Source of the DNA: Octopus vulgaris
Lineage: Eukaryota
DNA length: 64,000 nucleotides
Direction: 5' to 3'
Assembly (NCBI GenBank): GCA_951406725.2
Contig: OX597818.1
Span: 121,892,001-121,956,000, forward strand
Shown here: piece by piece, positions 13,860-27,175 of the stretch
Layout: each line of letters begins with the position of its first letter
Position numbering within the stretch: position 1 is the first letter of the stretch
Notes under the pieces: model-generated
Seen by the model: only the letters and a program-made list of their open reading frames with translations
Databases searched by the model: none
What the model was told of the DNA's origin: nothing
Translations under genes and position numbers: made by a program

Positions 13860-14440
13860 GGAATGTTGATTTTCGGTTTGGTTTTTCAAAGATCACGTTA
13901 AAAGATAAATGTAATGTTTTAGGAAGAGAAATATATAGATAAAAAAATGGAGAGCGAGGAAGGGTAAGAGAGAGGGAGAGGGAGAGAGAGAGAGAGGAGG
14001 AGAGGCAGAAGGAGAGGGAGAGAGTGGAAGAGTGACAAAGAAAGACAGAGAGAGCGAGAGGACAAAGAGACATTGATAGAAAGATAGTAAGGAAGAGATA
14101 AAATAATAAGAGAGAGAGAGAGAGAGACTCAGAAAGATAGAGAGACAGTGCAAAAATTGGTGACAGTACAGATAAGGGCAATGAAAGAGGCAGAGACAAG
14201 AGTAAGAGGAGAGAGAAAGGGTGAGACAGATCTAAAGACAGAGGCTGAGGCAGTGATTGATTGTAAGAGTTTGTAGAAGAGAAGAGAAAGAGAGAGAGAG
14301 AGAGAGAGAAGAGAGAGAGAGAAAGGGAAAGAGAGAGAGAGGGAGAGACAGAGAAGGAGAGAGAGAAATAGTTAAATATGGAAAGGGAGATTGGCAAGAA
14401 GTATCTAAGACAAAGATATAGGACTAGTGAATAAAAGACC

Positions 14441-14520
<80 letters not shown>

Positions 14521-15278
14521 TAAAGCGAGAGAGAGAGTGAGAGCGAGAGAGAGTGGGAGAGAGAGAGGGAGATAGAGAGAGGGAGAGCGAGTGAGAGAGA
14601 GAGAGCGAGAGAGAGAGAGGGAGAGAGAGAAAATGCGAAAGACTGAAAAGATAACTTACATTTCAACCAATCATAATTTAGCATTAATAAAGTATTACAA
14701 TAAACACAAACGAAAAACAAAAACAAAAACAAAAATTAATAATCTCTCCATCAATAGCAAACAGCAATTCAACAAGCCGTTGATTAAACTTCAGACGAGT
14801 ATTTTAATTTAAAAATTAATATATGCAAACATAAAAGTTGTAAACTTAATGTCTGTAACTGGTTGGTATATTGGACAGACAAGTAAGACATTTTCTCGCT
14901 GGTTGACCATGCAGTTACAACACGTAGTCATTGCAAGATGTTATATCGCACAACATAAAACAAAAATTAGATAAAAAGCGCTTAAGCCCAAAACCATTAA
15001 TTGATAACAAGTATATTTAGGACATTATAGTTGAAACGAGAAAATGAAAAAAAAAAATAAAAACAAGGATAAAAATGAAAATAAAAATAAATATATAACG
15101 ATTACATGATGGACTTCATTTTATTTCACTAACGAGAAAATAGATTAGATTTCTAGCATGATATTTCTTTCTATTGCAAGGAAAAGACTCGGCCGATGAA
15201 AGCCTAGTATACAATGCTATAGAGAATTTTACAAGGAGAAAAACAAATCAAAACAAAACCAAAGAAAAAAAAAACGAC

Positions 15279-15630
15279 GGCGTGACTGTGTGGTAAGAAC
15301 AGGTTCAAGCGAGATACCACATGACTTCGTATTCAACCACATTGTGTGGCACCTTGGGCAAGTATCTTCTACTATGGTGTCGGGCCAACCAAGATCTTGC
15401 GCGTGGATTTGGTTGGAAGATGGAAACTGAAAGAAGCCTCTCTGTGTGTATATGTGTGTATGTGTGTGTATGTGTGTGTGTGTGTGTGTGTTTGTCCCAT
15501 CAGTGCTTGTACCAGGTTTAAAAGTACTGGGGTCGATTTGTTCGACTTAAATCCCTCAAGGCGATGCCACAGGATGGCCACAGTTCAATGATTGAAACAA
15601 GTAAAAGATAAAAGAGAAATAAAAGATAAA
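15279..15630 (+). mobile_element. SINE family A, diverged
   Basis: ggcgtgactgtgtggtaag..tggcaccttgggcaagtatcttctactat..atggccacagttcaatgattgaaacaagtaaaag. Confidence 0.8.
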
Positions 15631-16262
15631 AAAGAAAACAAAACATAACACCCCCCACCAAAAAAACAACAACAAAAAAAAAACAAAAAAAATTAGAAGA
15701 TTAATTATAGAAACTGAATTAAAAGCAAAATAGAATGTGCGGCATAGCACAAAGATTCCTGTCCTTAGCAACATGCTAAAAAACCACGGCCGGTCTGTTT
15801 TCTTATGACGGAGAGAAATTTGACTTTAACAGCCGAAAATGTCAGATCCAGCCATAACAGTCTGAAATAGACAGAAAACCATTGCATTGATTATAGCATC
15901 GACGTACCTCCCGCCATCAGCACCAGCATCAGCATCACCAGAATCAACACTATCATCATTACAACCACTAGCGTCAGCCCAACCAGTAACATCGCCTCAT
16001 AACTACGACTACTAACTCTTCACCATTAATAATTACTTCATCTAGTACAAGGAAGCATATACTTGATAGTTTAACCTGTTAGAAATAGCAGCAAAATTAC
16101 TCTCAAATCTTATTCTATTGTCTTAGAATAAAGAGACATTTTCTAGATACACACTACCTGTAAAATAGACGGAGTTAATCATGATTTCCACAACTTTGGT
16201 CATAGGTCGAACCTGCTGAGGACTGGAGTAGTTTTAATAATGCACCTGTATACTTATATAAA

Positions 16263-16473
16263 GGCAGCTAATTGGCAGAATAGCAAGGTGGGCAAAATTC
16301 TTAGCAGCGTTTCGTTCGTCTTTACGTTTTGACTTCAATCTCGTCGAGGTCAGTTTTGCCTTTCAACCTTTCGGGGTCGAGAAACTAAGAACCAGCTGAG
16401 CACTGGGAATCGGTGTAGTCGACTTAATCCATTCCCCCGAAATTGCTGGCCTTGTGCAAAAGTTTGAAACCAA
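16263..16473 (+). mobile_element. SINE family B, diverged
   Basis: tggcagaat..gttttgcctttcaacctttcggggtcga..ggccttgtgcaaaagtttgaaac. Confidence 0.78.
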
Positions 16474-16549
16474 TATTTACACACACACACAAACACACGC
16501 GCGCACACACTCACAAAAATACACACACATACATACGTACATATATATA

Positions 16550-17107
16550 CGAGCAAAACGCCCCCCGTCCCATGGATAGTGCTGAGTTGTCAAACATTTA
16601 AACTAAATTTTCTCAAAACAACTTGTCCGACCGTCCCATAGCTCTCCCCTTTGAGAAACACTGATTTAACCTAAATTTGAGCCACCAGCAAAAGAAGAAA
16701 TAAAGATAGACTTTTTTTCTATTCCAAAGAAAAACGATTTTATTCACACAAATATGCAACCGAAGATTTTAAGTACCAGTAATGATAAGGCTGTTGACTG
16801 GAAGAACACAAACATGGTTTAAACAGTAAGCTTGGCAGGAAAGAAACGTGCCCTTAAGCAGTACAAAAACATCAAAAAAATGGAAGGTGTAGTTATGTAC
16901 AGGTTGACGGAAGAAAAGCAGGACAAAAACGGCTTTACCAATCGCATTCTCACCTGGAGTCAATTTTTGTAATTTTTACAAGACTTATACACTCCCTGAT
17001 ACCGTCGGTATCTAGATATCAAATTTGAGCGCAATCGGATGGAGGATGCCCGAGATTCGAGAAGACACACACACAGACATACAGGCAGAACGGATTTTAT
17101 ATAAGAG

Positions 17108-17108
<1 letters not shown>
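16550..17108 (-). mobile_element. Probable non-autonomous Helitron
   Basis: The minus strand begins A|TCTCTTATATAAAATCCGTTCTG..gtctgtgtg..ccgattgcgctcaaatttg, a typical Helitron 5' end. The putative 3' end at 16550 is degenerate (CTCG instead of CTAG, eroded hairpin). Confidence 0.55.
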
Positions 17109-17146
<38 letters not shown>

Positions 17147-18560
17147 TGTGTGTTTATACGTATCTACAGGAAGAGTGCTGACAATGACTACGAAGTTTTG
17201 GACTTCATCGGAGTGTCGGATATATATATATATATACATATGTATATATACATATACATACATACATATACATATATATATATACATACACATGCACACA
17301 TACATATATGTATATATACATACATACATGTATACACGTGTATATAAAAAAATATATGTGCATATATCTGTATATATATATACATATATGCACACAAACA
17401 TGTATATATGTATATATATATATATTATGTAGACATACACCTATACGCACAAATACACAAACACACACACACACACACATTGTTTATGTGTGCGTGTGAT
17501 GAGTGGAGATGATGCGTATATGAGTGCGTGTATGAAGAGTGAAGAGTGTGTGATTGTGGGTTTTTTAAAATGTGAAGTTTGCATTGAAGGAAATTGGTCG
17601 ATAGTGAAAGAGGGAGCGAGAGAGAGAGAGAGAGAGAGAGAGGAAGAGAGAGAGGGAGAGGGGCAGAGAGAAAAGCGCGTGGTGTGATGTGCAAGATTTA
17701 CCCTTCATCAGACATATTATGATCGATCTATCGACCTAGTATTTACTTATTTAGCCATAGTCTACAGGGAGTAGTTAGTATATTTACTAAACATCTACAA
17801 GCTATCAGATACTAAGTCAATATAAACATATCAGTCTGTGGTATATCTATGTAGTAAACATCTCGCAACAATGGTTTTCATAGGTCAAACTTAGAACAAA
17901 ATCTATTGTTTCCAGCCAAGATCTACAAATTATGTTTGTGTGATTAAGAAGTTCTGTTCGGAAATACATTGTTTCCGGTTCATTGTTTTTGATCTCCTTG
18001 CATGGCACCTTGGGCAAGGTTGTTTTTCATCATATCCTCGACTCGACCAAAGATTTACTTGAATGACATTTTCCTGGTTTCAAATTGCAGCCATAATCCA
18101 GTGTATATATATACATATATATCTGTTAAGGAGAGTCACATATGTATTCCGTTCGTTCTATTCTTCTGGTCATTTGTCTCTGTAGTAGAATACGTGGTGA
18201 CCGTCATCATCCTCTACTAATATGGACAATTCCTACAGTTCATGCTTCATTAAATAAACGTCCACTACTCGTTGCTTGTTGCCTAGCTCGTGAACAGGAA
18301 CAACTCGGGAAATCATTTTACTAGAAACAGTAGCCAGTGTCTTTCAAATCTTAAAAAGGAAGAGCGCTTTACATGGTATAGTCTTAGGTGCAATGTGAAA
18401 AATGAAATTAATAAGCTTGTCAAGACTAGAACACTTTCGTCCGTATGCCGGTCTAAAAGATAATGCCATGGAATTGAACAACAGTAACAACAACATCAAC
18501 GACAATGACAACAACGGCAAAAACAACAGCAGCAGCAGCAGCGGCAGCAGCGGCAGCAGC

Positions 18561-18592
<32 letters not shown>

Positions 18593-19081
18593 TAGCAGCA
18601 GCAATAATATCATTCCTAGCGGAAGAACATATTGGGTGAGATATTTCTAGATATTCATAGAAAAAGGATCAACAGAAACATCTTGAAATTGGACTCTACA
18701 TATTCAAAGCCTGTAGACGATGGTCTTTCTAGTAAATTTACTAAAACTTTAGGTTTATCTCGTTAGTATCTATAGACGAATGCTTAAGGAGTTTCTATTG
18801 CAAACGCAAAACCTCCTGCTGGATCCCATGGCGTGACATCTTAAGCATTTTTCTATTATAACCTCACCGAGTGAAATGTGGGTAGATGCAAACAACGTGG
18901 AAGCCTGTCGGATGAACTGTTTGTGTAGTTTAAAGAGCAGTTTTGTTACATATTATCTGAGAGTTTCATTAAAATGGAATATCCAGCCACTTACACGCTA
19001 AATCAATGAGCAGATGATTCAATTGAACAACTAAACAACTGAATACTCAGCGTTACAACCGACGGACATCCAAACCGCACA

Positions 19082-19149
<68 letters not shown>

Positions 19150-19251
19150 GGAGTAAACACATAAATGTGAAACAAGGTGGAAAAAAGAGTACTCAAATAC
19201 CAGTGGTAGAGTAATATGCTTTATTTTAAGCAGCAGAAAATTCAACAAAAT

Positions 19252-19289
19252 CTGTTACTCTGAGTTTCTCGTTGCCGTTCATCAGACAG
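19252..19289 (-). ncRNA. Mirror copy of the same hammerhead motif in the other palindrome arm
   Basis: Exact reverse complement of 19434-19471. Confidence 0.75.
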
Positions 19290-19433
19290 TTTTTGCTAGA
19301 ATGGAACCGATATATCAATTCAATCTAGACTCTTACAAACGCTACACCTTTAAAAAGGTCCATTTCTTTTTAAAGGTGTAGCGTTTGTAAGAGTCTAGAT
19401 TGAATTGATATATCGGTTCCATTCTAGCAAAAA

Positions 19434-19471
19434 CTGTCTGATGAACGGCAACGAGAAACTCAGAGTAACAG
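19434..19471 (+). ncRNA. Minimal type I hammerhead ribozyme motif
   Basis: ctgt-CTGATGA-a-cg(gcaa)cg-a-GAAA-ctc(a)gag-TA-acag. Stem I ctgt/acag extends to caaaa/ttttg after one mismatch. Stem II has a GNRA loop. Stem III is the near-palindrome ACTCaGAGT. GUA cleavage triplet at 19465-19467. The 10.1-11.1 pair is A/A rather than paired. Confidence 0.75.
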
Positions 19472-19503
19472 ATTTTGTTGAATTTTCTGCTGCTTAAAAT
19501 AAA

Positions 19504-19565
<62 letters not shown>

Positions 19566-19735
19566 CTTTTTATTGAAAATTGCATACGCGCAGACATACA
19601 AACACACATACACGAGTGAGTGGACAAACAGAAGAAAGATGCACGCATATTAGGAGGTGTATAAATTAATAACTCTTCTCTAGATGCCTGACGAGATAGG
19701 TTCGTTCTACGAGCCTACAAAACTTTGAGTTAAAC

Positions 19736-19780
<45 letters not shown>

Positions 19781-19787
19781 GGTATAC

Positions 19788-19820
<33 letters not shown>

Positions 19821-20027
19821 GGTATACACACATATATACATATATATTATATGTGTGCGTGTATGGGATATTTTGCTCAGCTTCTCTAGCACGTACTTAT
19901 GTGTAGTTGGCTTTTTAAGAATCTCAGTATTAAATGCTTATCGTAACATATCCATCTACTTGCTAATCCATCTTATCGTCCATCCATATCTCTGTCTCTC
20001 CTGCTATCTATTTATCTGTCTGCCAGG

Positions 20028-20071
<44 letters not shown>

Positions 20072-20958
20072 ATTTCGTCCTTTCAATCTTTGTAAACATT
20101 ATTGAGAAGTAATCCACTGCTTATGAAAGCTGAAGAAGTATATCCTGTTTGTTTGTTTCCTTTTTCCTATTGGCTTTTTCCGATTATATTTCTTCAATTA
20201 GTTCTGATAATATTTATGTACATACATACATACATACATACACACACACAAACAAACACAGACACTCACACATATATATATATATTTCTTTTCTCTACAT
20301 TATTGTTTCTTATTCATTTATCATACGAGAAAGACAAAGAGATAAATACAATGAAAGACATAGATAGACAAATAGATAAAATGAGAGAGAGAGACAGAGA
20401 GGAAAAGAAGGAGAAAGAACGAAAGTGAGAGATGTACTAAAAGAAAAGTAGCATAAACCAAAAACAATAAATTAAACGTGCATCCCCCTCCTCCCCGCCT
20501 TCTCACTCTTCTCTTCCTACTTAATATTCATGAGGCAATTCTGATCAGATGATGTTCAAATTGTTATGAGTTTGGTGTTGCATTTTTATGTGTTTTTGTT
20601 TTGACGTTTATTATGTTTTTGCAAGAGACCTCATTAGTCACACGACGAAATTGAACTGCCTGCCATTAGTTTATTATAAACATGTATCATGACAAATGTT
20701 GCAACATAGAGAAGAACAATCAATGGGCATTGATTGTTTTTTTAATGCTTTCTACGTACACACATATATATACACACATATATACACGCAGAAAGAGAGA
20801 TAGAGAGAGGGGGAGAAAGAGAGACAACCACACACATATATGTACATATATTCATATACACATATACATATCTATATATGTATATATAAACATACATATA
20901 CATATGCACATTATATAAATGCGTTCATAAAATACACGTATATACATATTTATATATA

Positions 20959-21008
<50 letters not shown>

Positions 21009-21088
21009 TATATAATTATATATATACACATATATATATATATGTATATACGTGTATTATATATATATAATTCACGTATTATATATAT

Positions 21089-21120
<32 letters not shown>

Positions 21121-21819
21121 CACACACACAATCATACACATATATATTCACCTACACACCTACACACACATATAAATATACATACATATGCATACATTCA
21201 TAAGAGCACACATACATACTCACACTCACATATATGCATTGAGACATGCAGGGTAACAGTGGTACATATACCTACACACACATATCTATACATTCACATA
21301 CACACACGTGAAAATACACACACACACACTTACGCACGCGCTCATGTATACATATTTATATTTATGATTGCATTTTCACCCACACCATCTTAGCATACTC
21401 CTCAACCGACATCAATGCCACCACCACAACCACCACCACCACCACCACCACCGCCGCCGCCGCCGCTGCCACTACCACCACCAATAACAGCAGCATCACC
21501 GCCATTACGTCGTCAACGTTCATTCTAACGTTCTTATCTTATTTAGGACGCAAACCTAATAATACATTTGAAAAACATTGATAAAAGAAGACAGTCAAAT
21601 CAGAATGCAAAACACGTAGGTTTGTTAAGATATCTTCATGCTTTCCACAATGGTAAAGAGATGATGAGATGAGGAAGGTGGATTGTACTGGGAAAGAAAT
21701 GATGGATTGGTGGGATTCGGAAGAGAAACGGAGATAGGAAATAATGACGGATTAACGAGAAGGGTAATTACTGATTTCCCTAGAGTTAATGTGAGGATGC
21801 ATGGGTACATACGGTTGCG

Positions 21820-21853
<34 letters not shown>

Positions 21854-22236
21854 TGTATGTATGTATGTATGCATGTATGTATGTATGTGTGCATGTGCGT
21901 GTGTATGTATGTATGTGTGTGTATGTCTGTATGTATGTGTGTGTGTATGTTTGTATGTATGTATGTGTGTATGTGCGTCTGTATGTATGTATGCATGTAT
22001 GTATGAATGCATGTATGTATGTACGTATGTATGTTTGCACATATGTATGCATGTATGTGTGTGCATATATGTACATGCAAACATGTATGTATGAACCTGT
22101 TCATGAACTTATGGTGTGTAGATTGTATGTGCATATACATGTGTGTATATGTGTGTGTGTACGCACAAGCACGCACACACAGACACACACATATATAGGC
22201 ATACATGCCTACCATATACGCATCGATTAGCCGATT

Positions 22237-22286
<50 letters not shown>

Positions 22287-22473
22287 TCCATGTATATGTA
22301 TACATATACGCATAGACATCAATATATGCACGAGTGTTTTTGTTGTGTTATGTGTTGTGTGTGTAAGTGCTTGTTTGTTGTGTGAGTGTGTGTGCGCGTG
22401 GCATTCTTACGCTATTTTCACTCACAAATGTTCAAATACATTCTACGAAGATGAAACCATACATTGATTAGGG

Positions 22474-22553
<80 letters not shown>

Positions 22554-24012
22554 GAACAATATTGATGAATTATTGAAGTTAAAGCAGAGAAATACAAAAC
22601 TGCTTTAAAAAAATATATCAGAACCTAATTTATATTTAAATACATTTGATGAACAAACTTCATAAGAGGAATAGAAAATTGGCTAAATTCTTTGTGTTGT
22701 AAACGATGGAAGAATAGATTATATATGTTTGTTGTTAAAAACCCCAAAAGAACTTGAATAGAATTTCGAAATTTCTATGCAATCAAGCTAAGAAAATTAG
22801 CAAAACTTTACAAAATTGGATAGATTAAATAGTGAAAAAGCTTGGCAGAATTTGCTGAGGTATTTGCTTTGGCTCAAGACCGTTACTTTTTGGTTCGTAT
22901 TCAGGTGGGTTTAATTTTGATTCCGTGGACGATAAAGTCTGCCTGTTTTAGGGTGGATTTAATGAACTAACAAACTAGTGCATTTGGGTTATTTTTAAAC
23001 AAGATACTACGGCTGAGAATCCAGAACGAATCCTTTTAGTGTTACTGACAATTGAATATTGTTCGACCAATTGAGTGATCTACTACTTAAATCCGTATAT
23101 ATGTGGCTGTGTATTTCGTAGACATGTGTAACTCTCAAACTATGTGAGATCCGAGTGGATGTTTAAATTTCAGTTACAATCCATCAATCGAGTTTCCGCA
23201 TAGTTTTCTTCAGATTTTACACATAAGGCTTAAATTGTCTCGAGGCCATAGTTCGTTACCACAAGTGGGAACAAACTCAAAACCTTGTGATTGCAATGCA
23301 AGATTCTTAAACATTCTACTATGCTGCCTCAATAGCAGATGAGGGCATAACCGCTTACAAATACAGAATTCCTGTGGGGAACAGGACCTCAACTATAACT
23401 TACCGCTGATTCTGGCATGAGTCAAAAGAGAAAGGATGTCTACACTCTCCTGGAGGAAACCAATAAAATGTATATAGAGGTGGTTGTTGTTTAGACAAGG
23501 CTGATAGATCATCCTGTCTTTTATTTAGACATTGTGATAGAACTACCATATCCGATGATTTTTTTCTCCCTATACAACAGTAGGACATGATTTGAGGGAT
23601 ATTTGGCTATTATTTCTAACACACGAAGCGACCACATAGTGACTCCCTCATTGGTTCAAAAACTCATATATCTAAGGTGGCCATAAAAATATATATCTAA
23701 GGTAGCAGAGTGGTTAGAGCTTTGCAGAAAAGGCATTGCAGTATTCGTTCCAGCTATGTGCAAGTCTTGCCGAAGTCAATCGCGATTTTCATTGCTTTAG
23801 GGATTGAAAATCGATAAATCGAGATAATAAGTAAGTACGGTATTAGGATTGATTCTTCATTATCTCTACAAAACTCTTCTCTTTTGGAAGAAATCGGCTG
23901 AGCTCAAAGCTGGGGAGGGTTGTACATCGCCAATCTTAAAATATAGAATACAAGCTAAGTGTTGAGAGAGCGCCTCTACAAGTCCAGGATTCGAAGTACA
24001 CACACACACACA

Positions 24013-24062
<50 letters not shown>

Positions 24063-24157
24063 TAGGAAGTGGATTGGAAGTTCTTGAGTTTCGCCCTTGG
24101 CTGTTCACAATCCTTATAAATGTATATGTGTATGCGAATGTATATATGTTTGTGTGT

Positions 24158-24196
<39 letters not shown>

Positions 24197-24423
24197 TGTG
24201 TCTATGTGTGTATTATGAACATATGTGGTAGCTCTGAAGAAGATAAAGGTGCTGGTACGTTCTATACATTTTCAGTCGATCGACTACGGATTGATTGAGA
24301 AATATTATTCCTCTAGGGAACTAAAACCCTCCAAATTTTATTGGAAACATATGGAAGCTAACTGAATAAATATATAAAAATCCATTATCTGCGTGCATTA
24401 CATGTATGTATGTATGTATGTAA

Positions 24424-24454
<31 letters not shown>

Positions 24455-24628
24455 TGTATGTATGTATGTATTTATGTATGTATGTATGTATGTATGTGTA
24501 TGTGTGTGCACATATATTAATGTTTGTTTTTATATTCAGTTATTATATAAATAATCTAAGATTAAAATGAAGAGTTATTACTTTTTATATAGTATATATT
24601 TAATATTCTTACACAAACTGTTTTTGTT

Positions 24629-24673
<45 letters not shown>

Positions 24674-24826
24674 TATATACATACATATATATACATATAT
24701 GTATATATATATATGTATAAATATATATGTTTATATATATATATATATGTTATATATATATATATACATACAAATATATACATATATATACATACATATA
24801 TATACATATATATATATATGTATATA

Positions 24827-24881
<55 letters not shown>

Positions 24882-25862
24882 GTATATAGATATATAGATA
24901 TACATATGTATGTATGTATATATACATATACACACATACATACATATGTATATATTTATAGATCGGTAAGTTATATCTACCGAAGAGGGTGGGTGGCTTT
25001 TAATAATGATAGATGGACTGAACAGTCGGTGAGCTATTATTTGGCTATGGATACAGAGTATCGCCATTTGCGGCAGAGAGAAGAAATAAAGCAACAGAAA
25101 GAAATGTTGAGAATCGGATATGACGTCAGTGGCGGAGATGTCGGGTTGAACAGATCACAGAGAGAGGGTTTGAGAGAGAGAGAGAAAGAGAGGGAGGAAG
25201 AGGAGGTGGAGGAAGAGGAGAGAGAGAAAGTGAAGAAGGGGTAGGTAAATGATATAAAGATGAATTATCAGAAGAATGCGATCAGCGGAGGCGATCGTGA
25301 AGATGAAAGGAAAAAAAAAACAGATTTGAAAATAGTAATACAACGAATAAGCAGCAGCAACAGTAACAGCAACAGATTAAGAAGAAGAAATAGAATACAA
25401 GAATATTAGAATAGTGGAATGAGAGAATGAGAACTATAAGAAGTTAAAAGGAAATTAAAAAGGAAGTAGAAGGTAAGAGAGTTAACATCTTTTCAAGACT
25501 TAAAAGAGCATTGCCAGCAGCCGCTGCAGTACCAGCACCATCGACAAGAACAATAGCAGTAAAAATGACAAAAAGAAGAAGAAGAACAACAACAAAAACT
25601 GCAACAATGACAACAACAGTAACAGCCACAACAAAGATGACGGCGACGACAGTAAAAAGTGAAACTAAAATAGATTCTTAACTACAGGTAAAATTCCCCC
25701 AAAAGAACGACCCGGTTAGACTCTATTGGATTAATGAAGGACTCTGTCTTACCTGTTATTCTCTCTCTGTTCCCACCTCTCTCTCGCTCTCTCTCTCTCT
25801 CTCTTTCACTCACTCTCTCTCTCTCTTTATTTCTTTCTCTTTCTTGCTTAATCCTGTTACTA

Positions 25863-26091
25863 TTTTACTATTTTTTACTCTTTTACTTGTTTCAGTCATT
25901 TGACTGCGGCCATGCTGGAGCACCGCCTTTAGTCGATCGAGCAAATCGACCCCGGGACTTATTCTTTGTAAGCCCAGTACTTATTCTATCGGTCTCTTTT
26001 GCCGAACCGCTAAGTGACGGGGACGTAAACACACCAGCATCGGTTGTCAAGCAATGCTAGGGGGACAAACACAGACACACAAACACACACA

Positions 26092-26145
<54 letters not shown>

Positions 26146-26294
26146 TACGACAGGCTTCTTTCAGTTTCCATCTACCAAATCTATTCACAAGGCTTTGGTC
26201 GGCCCGAGGCTATAGTAGAAGACACTTGCCCAAGGTGCCACGCAGTGGGATTGAACCCGGAACCATGTGGTTGGTAAACAAGCTACTTACCACA
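25863..26294 (-). mobile_element. SINE family A
   Basis: Same body as 5296-5688, internal (AT)n, (agtaaa)n-like tail. Confidence 0.92.
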
Positions 26295-26689
26295 ACACAA
26301 TCTGGAAATGTTGTTACATGGTAATTCAGGTAGGTAGTGCTAGGCTAAATGACGGATATACAAAAAGAAAAAAAAAGTGAATTAAATTGTAACTTGCCCT
26401 CTATTGGACGAAAGAGAGATGGAAAGAGGAAGAGAGAGGGAGGGAGAGAGAAAACACAAAGCTAGTCATATTGGTTAGAGAGTTTGAAGGAAGAAGAGAG
26501 GATATTATCTCGAGAAATTCAAGAAAGGCTGTGCAGTGAGAAGCTTGCTTCCTTACCACGTAGTTTCGGATTCAATCCTTCAGCATAGGGCCGTGAGCAA
26601 GTGTCTTTTTTTATAATATTATAACCTCAGGTTGACCAAAGCTAGTGAGTCAGTGAATTTAATAGATGAAAACTGAGAGAAGCCTGTAG

Positions 26690-26721
<32 letters not shown>

Positions 26722-26741
26722 TGTATGTATGTATGTATGTA

Positions 26742-26780
<39 letters not shown>

Positions 26781-26789
26781 TCGCATGTG

Positions 26790-27175
26790 GAGGCGCAATG
26801 GCCCAGTGGTTAGGGCAGCGGACTCGCGGTCATAGGATCGCGGTTTCGATTCTCAGACCGGGCGTTGTGAGTGTTTATTGAGCGAAAACACCTAAAGCTC
26901 CACGAGGCTCCGGCAGGGGATGGTGGTGATCCCTGCTGGTACTCTTTCACCACAACTTTCTCTCACTCTTACTTCCTGTTTCTGTTGTACCTGTATTTCA
27001 AAGGGCCGGCCTTGTCACTCTCTGTGTCACGCTGAATATCCCCGAGAACTACGTTAAGGGTACACGTGTCTGTGGAGTGGTCAGCCACTTACACGTTAAT
27101 TTCATGAGCAGGCTGTTCCGTTGATTCGGATCAATCGGAACCCTCGTCGTCGTAACCGACGGAGTGCTTCCATCC
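26790..27175 (+). mobile_element. Full-length tRNA(Arg-like)-derived SINE with an 11-bp TSD
   Basis: A box tggcccagtgg, B box ggtttcgattc, (tcca)n tail. TSD attcgcatgtg at 26779-26789 and 27176-27186. Confidence 0.92.

Larger units (their letters stand above)
19147..19504 (-). mobile_element. Penelope-like element 3' end (pLTR) with an inverted partial copy, inserted in (AT)n
   Basis: A unique ~70-bp extension plus the hammerhead-bearing palindrome, flanked by (AT)n on both sides. Inverted pLTRs and hammerheads are known PLE hallmarks. Confidence 0.7.
19219..19504. repeat. Perfect inverted repeat, 139-bp arms with an 8-nt spacer
   Basis: 19219-19357 is the reverse complement of 19366-19504; the spacer is gtccattt. 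Confidence 0.97.

Noticed and set aside
18402-18650. Poly-Asn/Ser ORF
   Set aside because: A (CAA)/(CAG) tract at the tail of an old dispersed repeat.
26790-26865. tRNA-Arg-like sequence
   Set aside because: It is a SINE head, continuing into a SINE body and bounded by a TSD.
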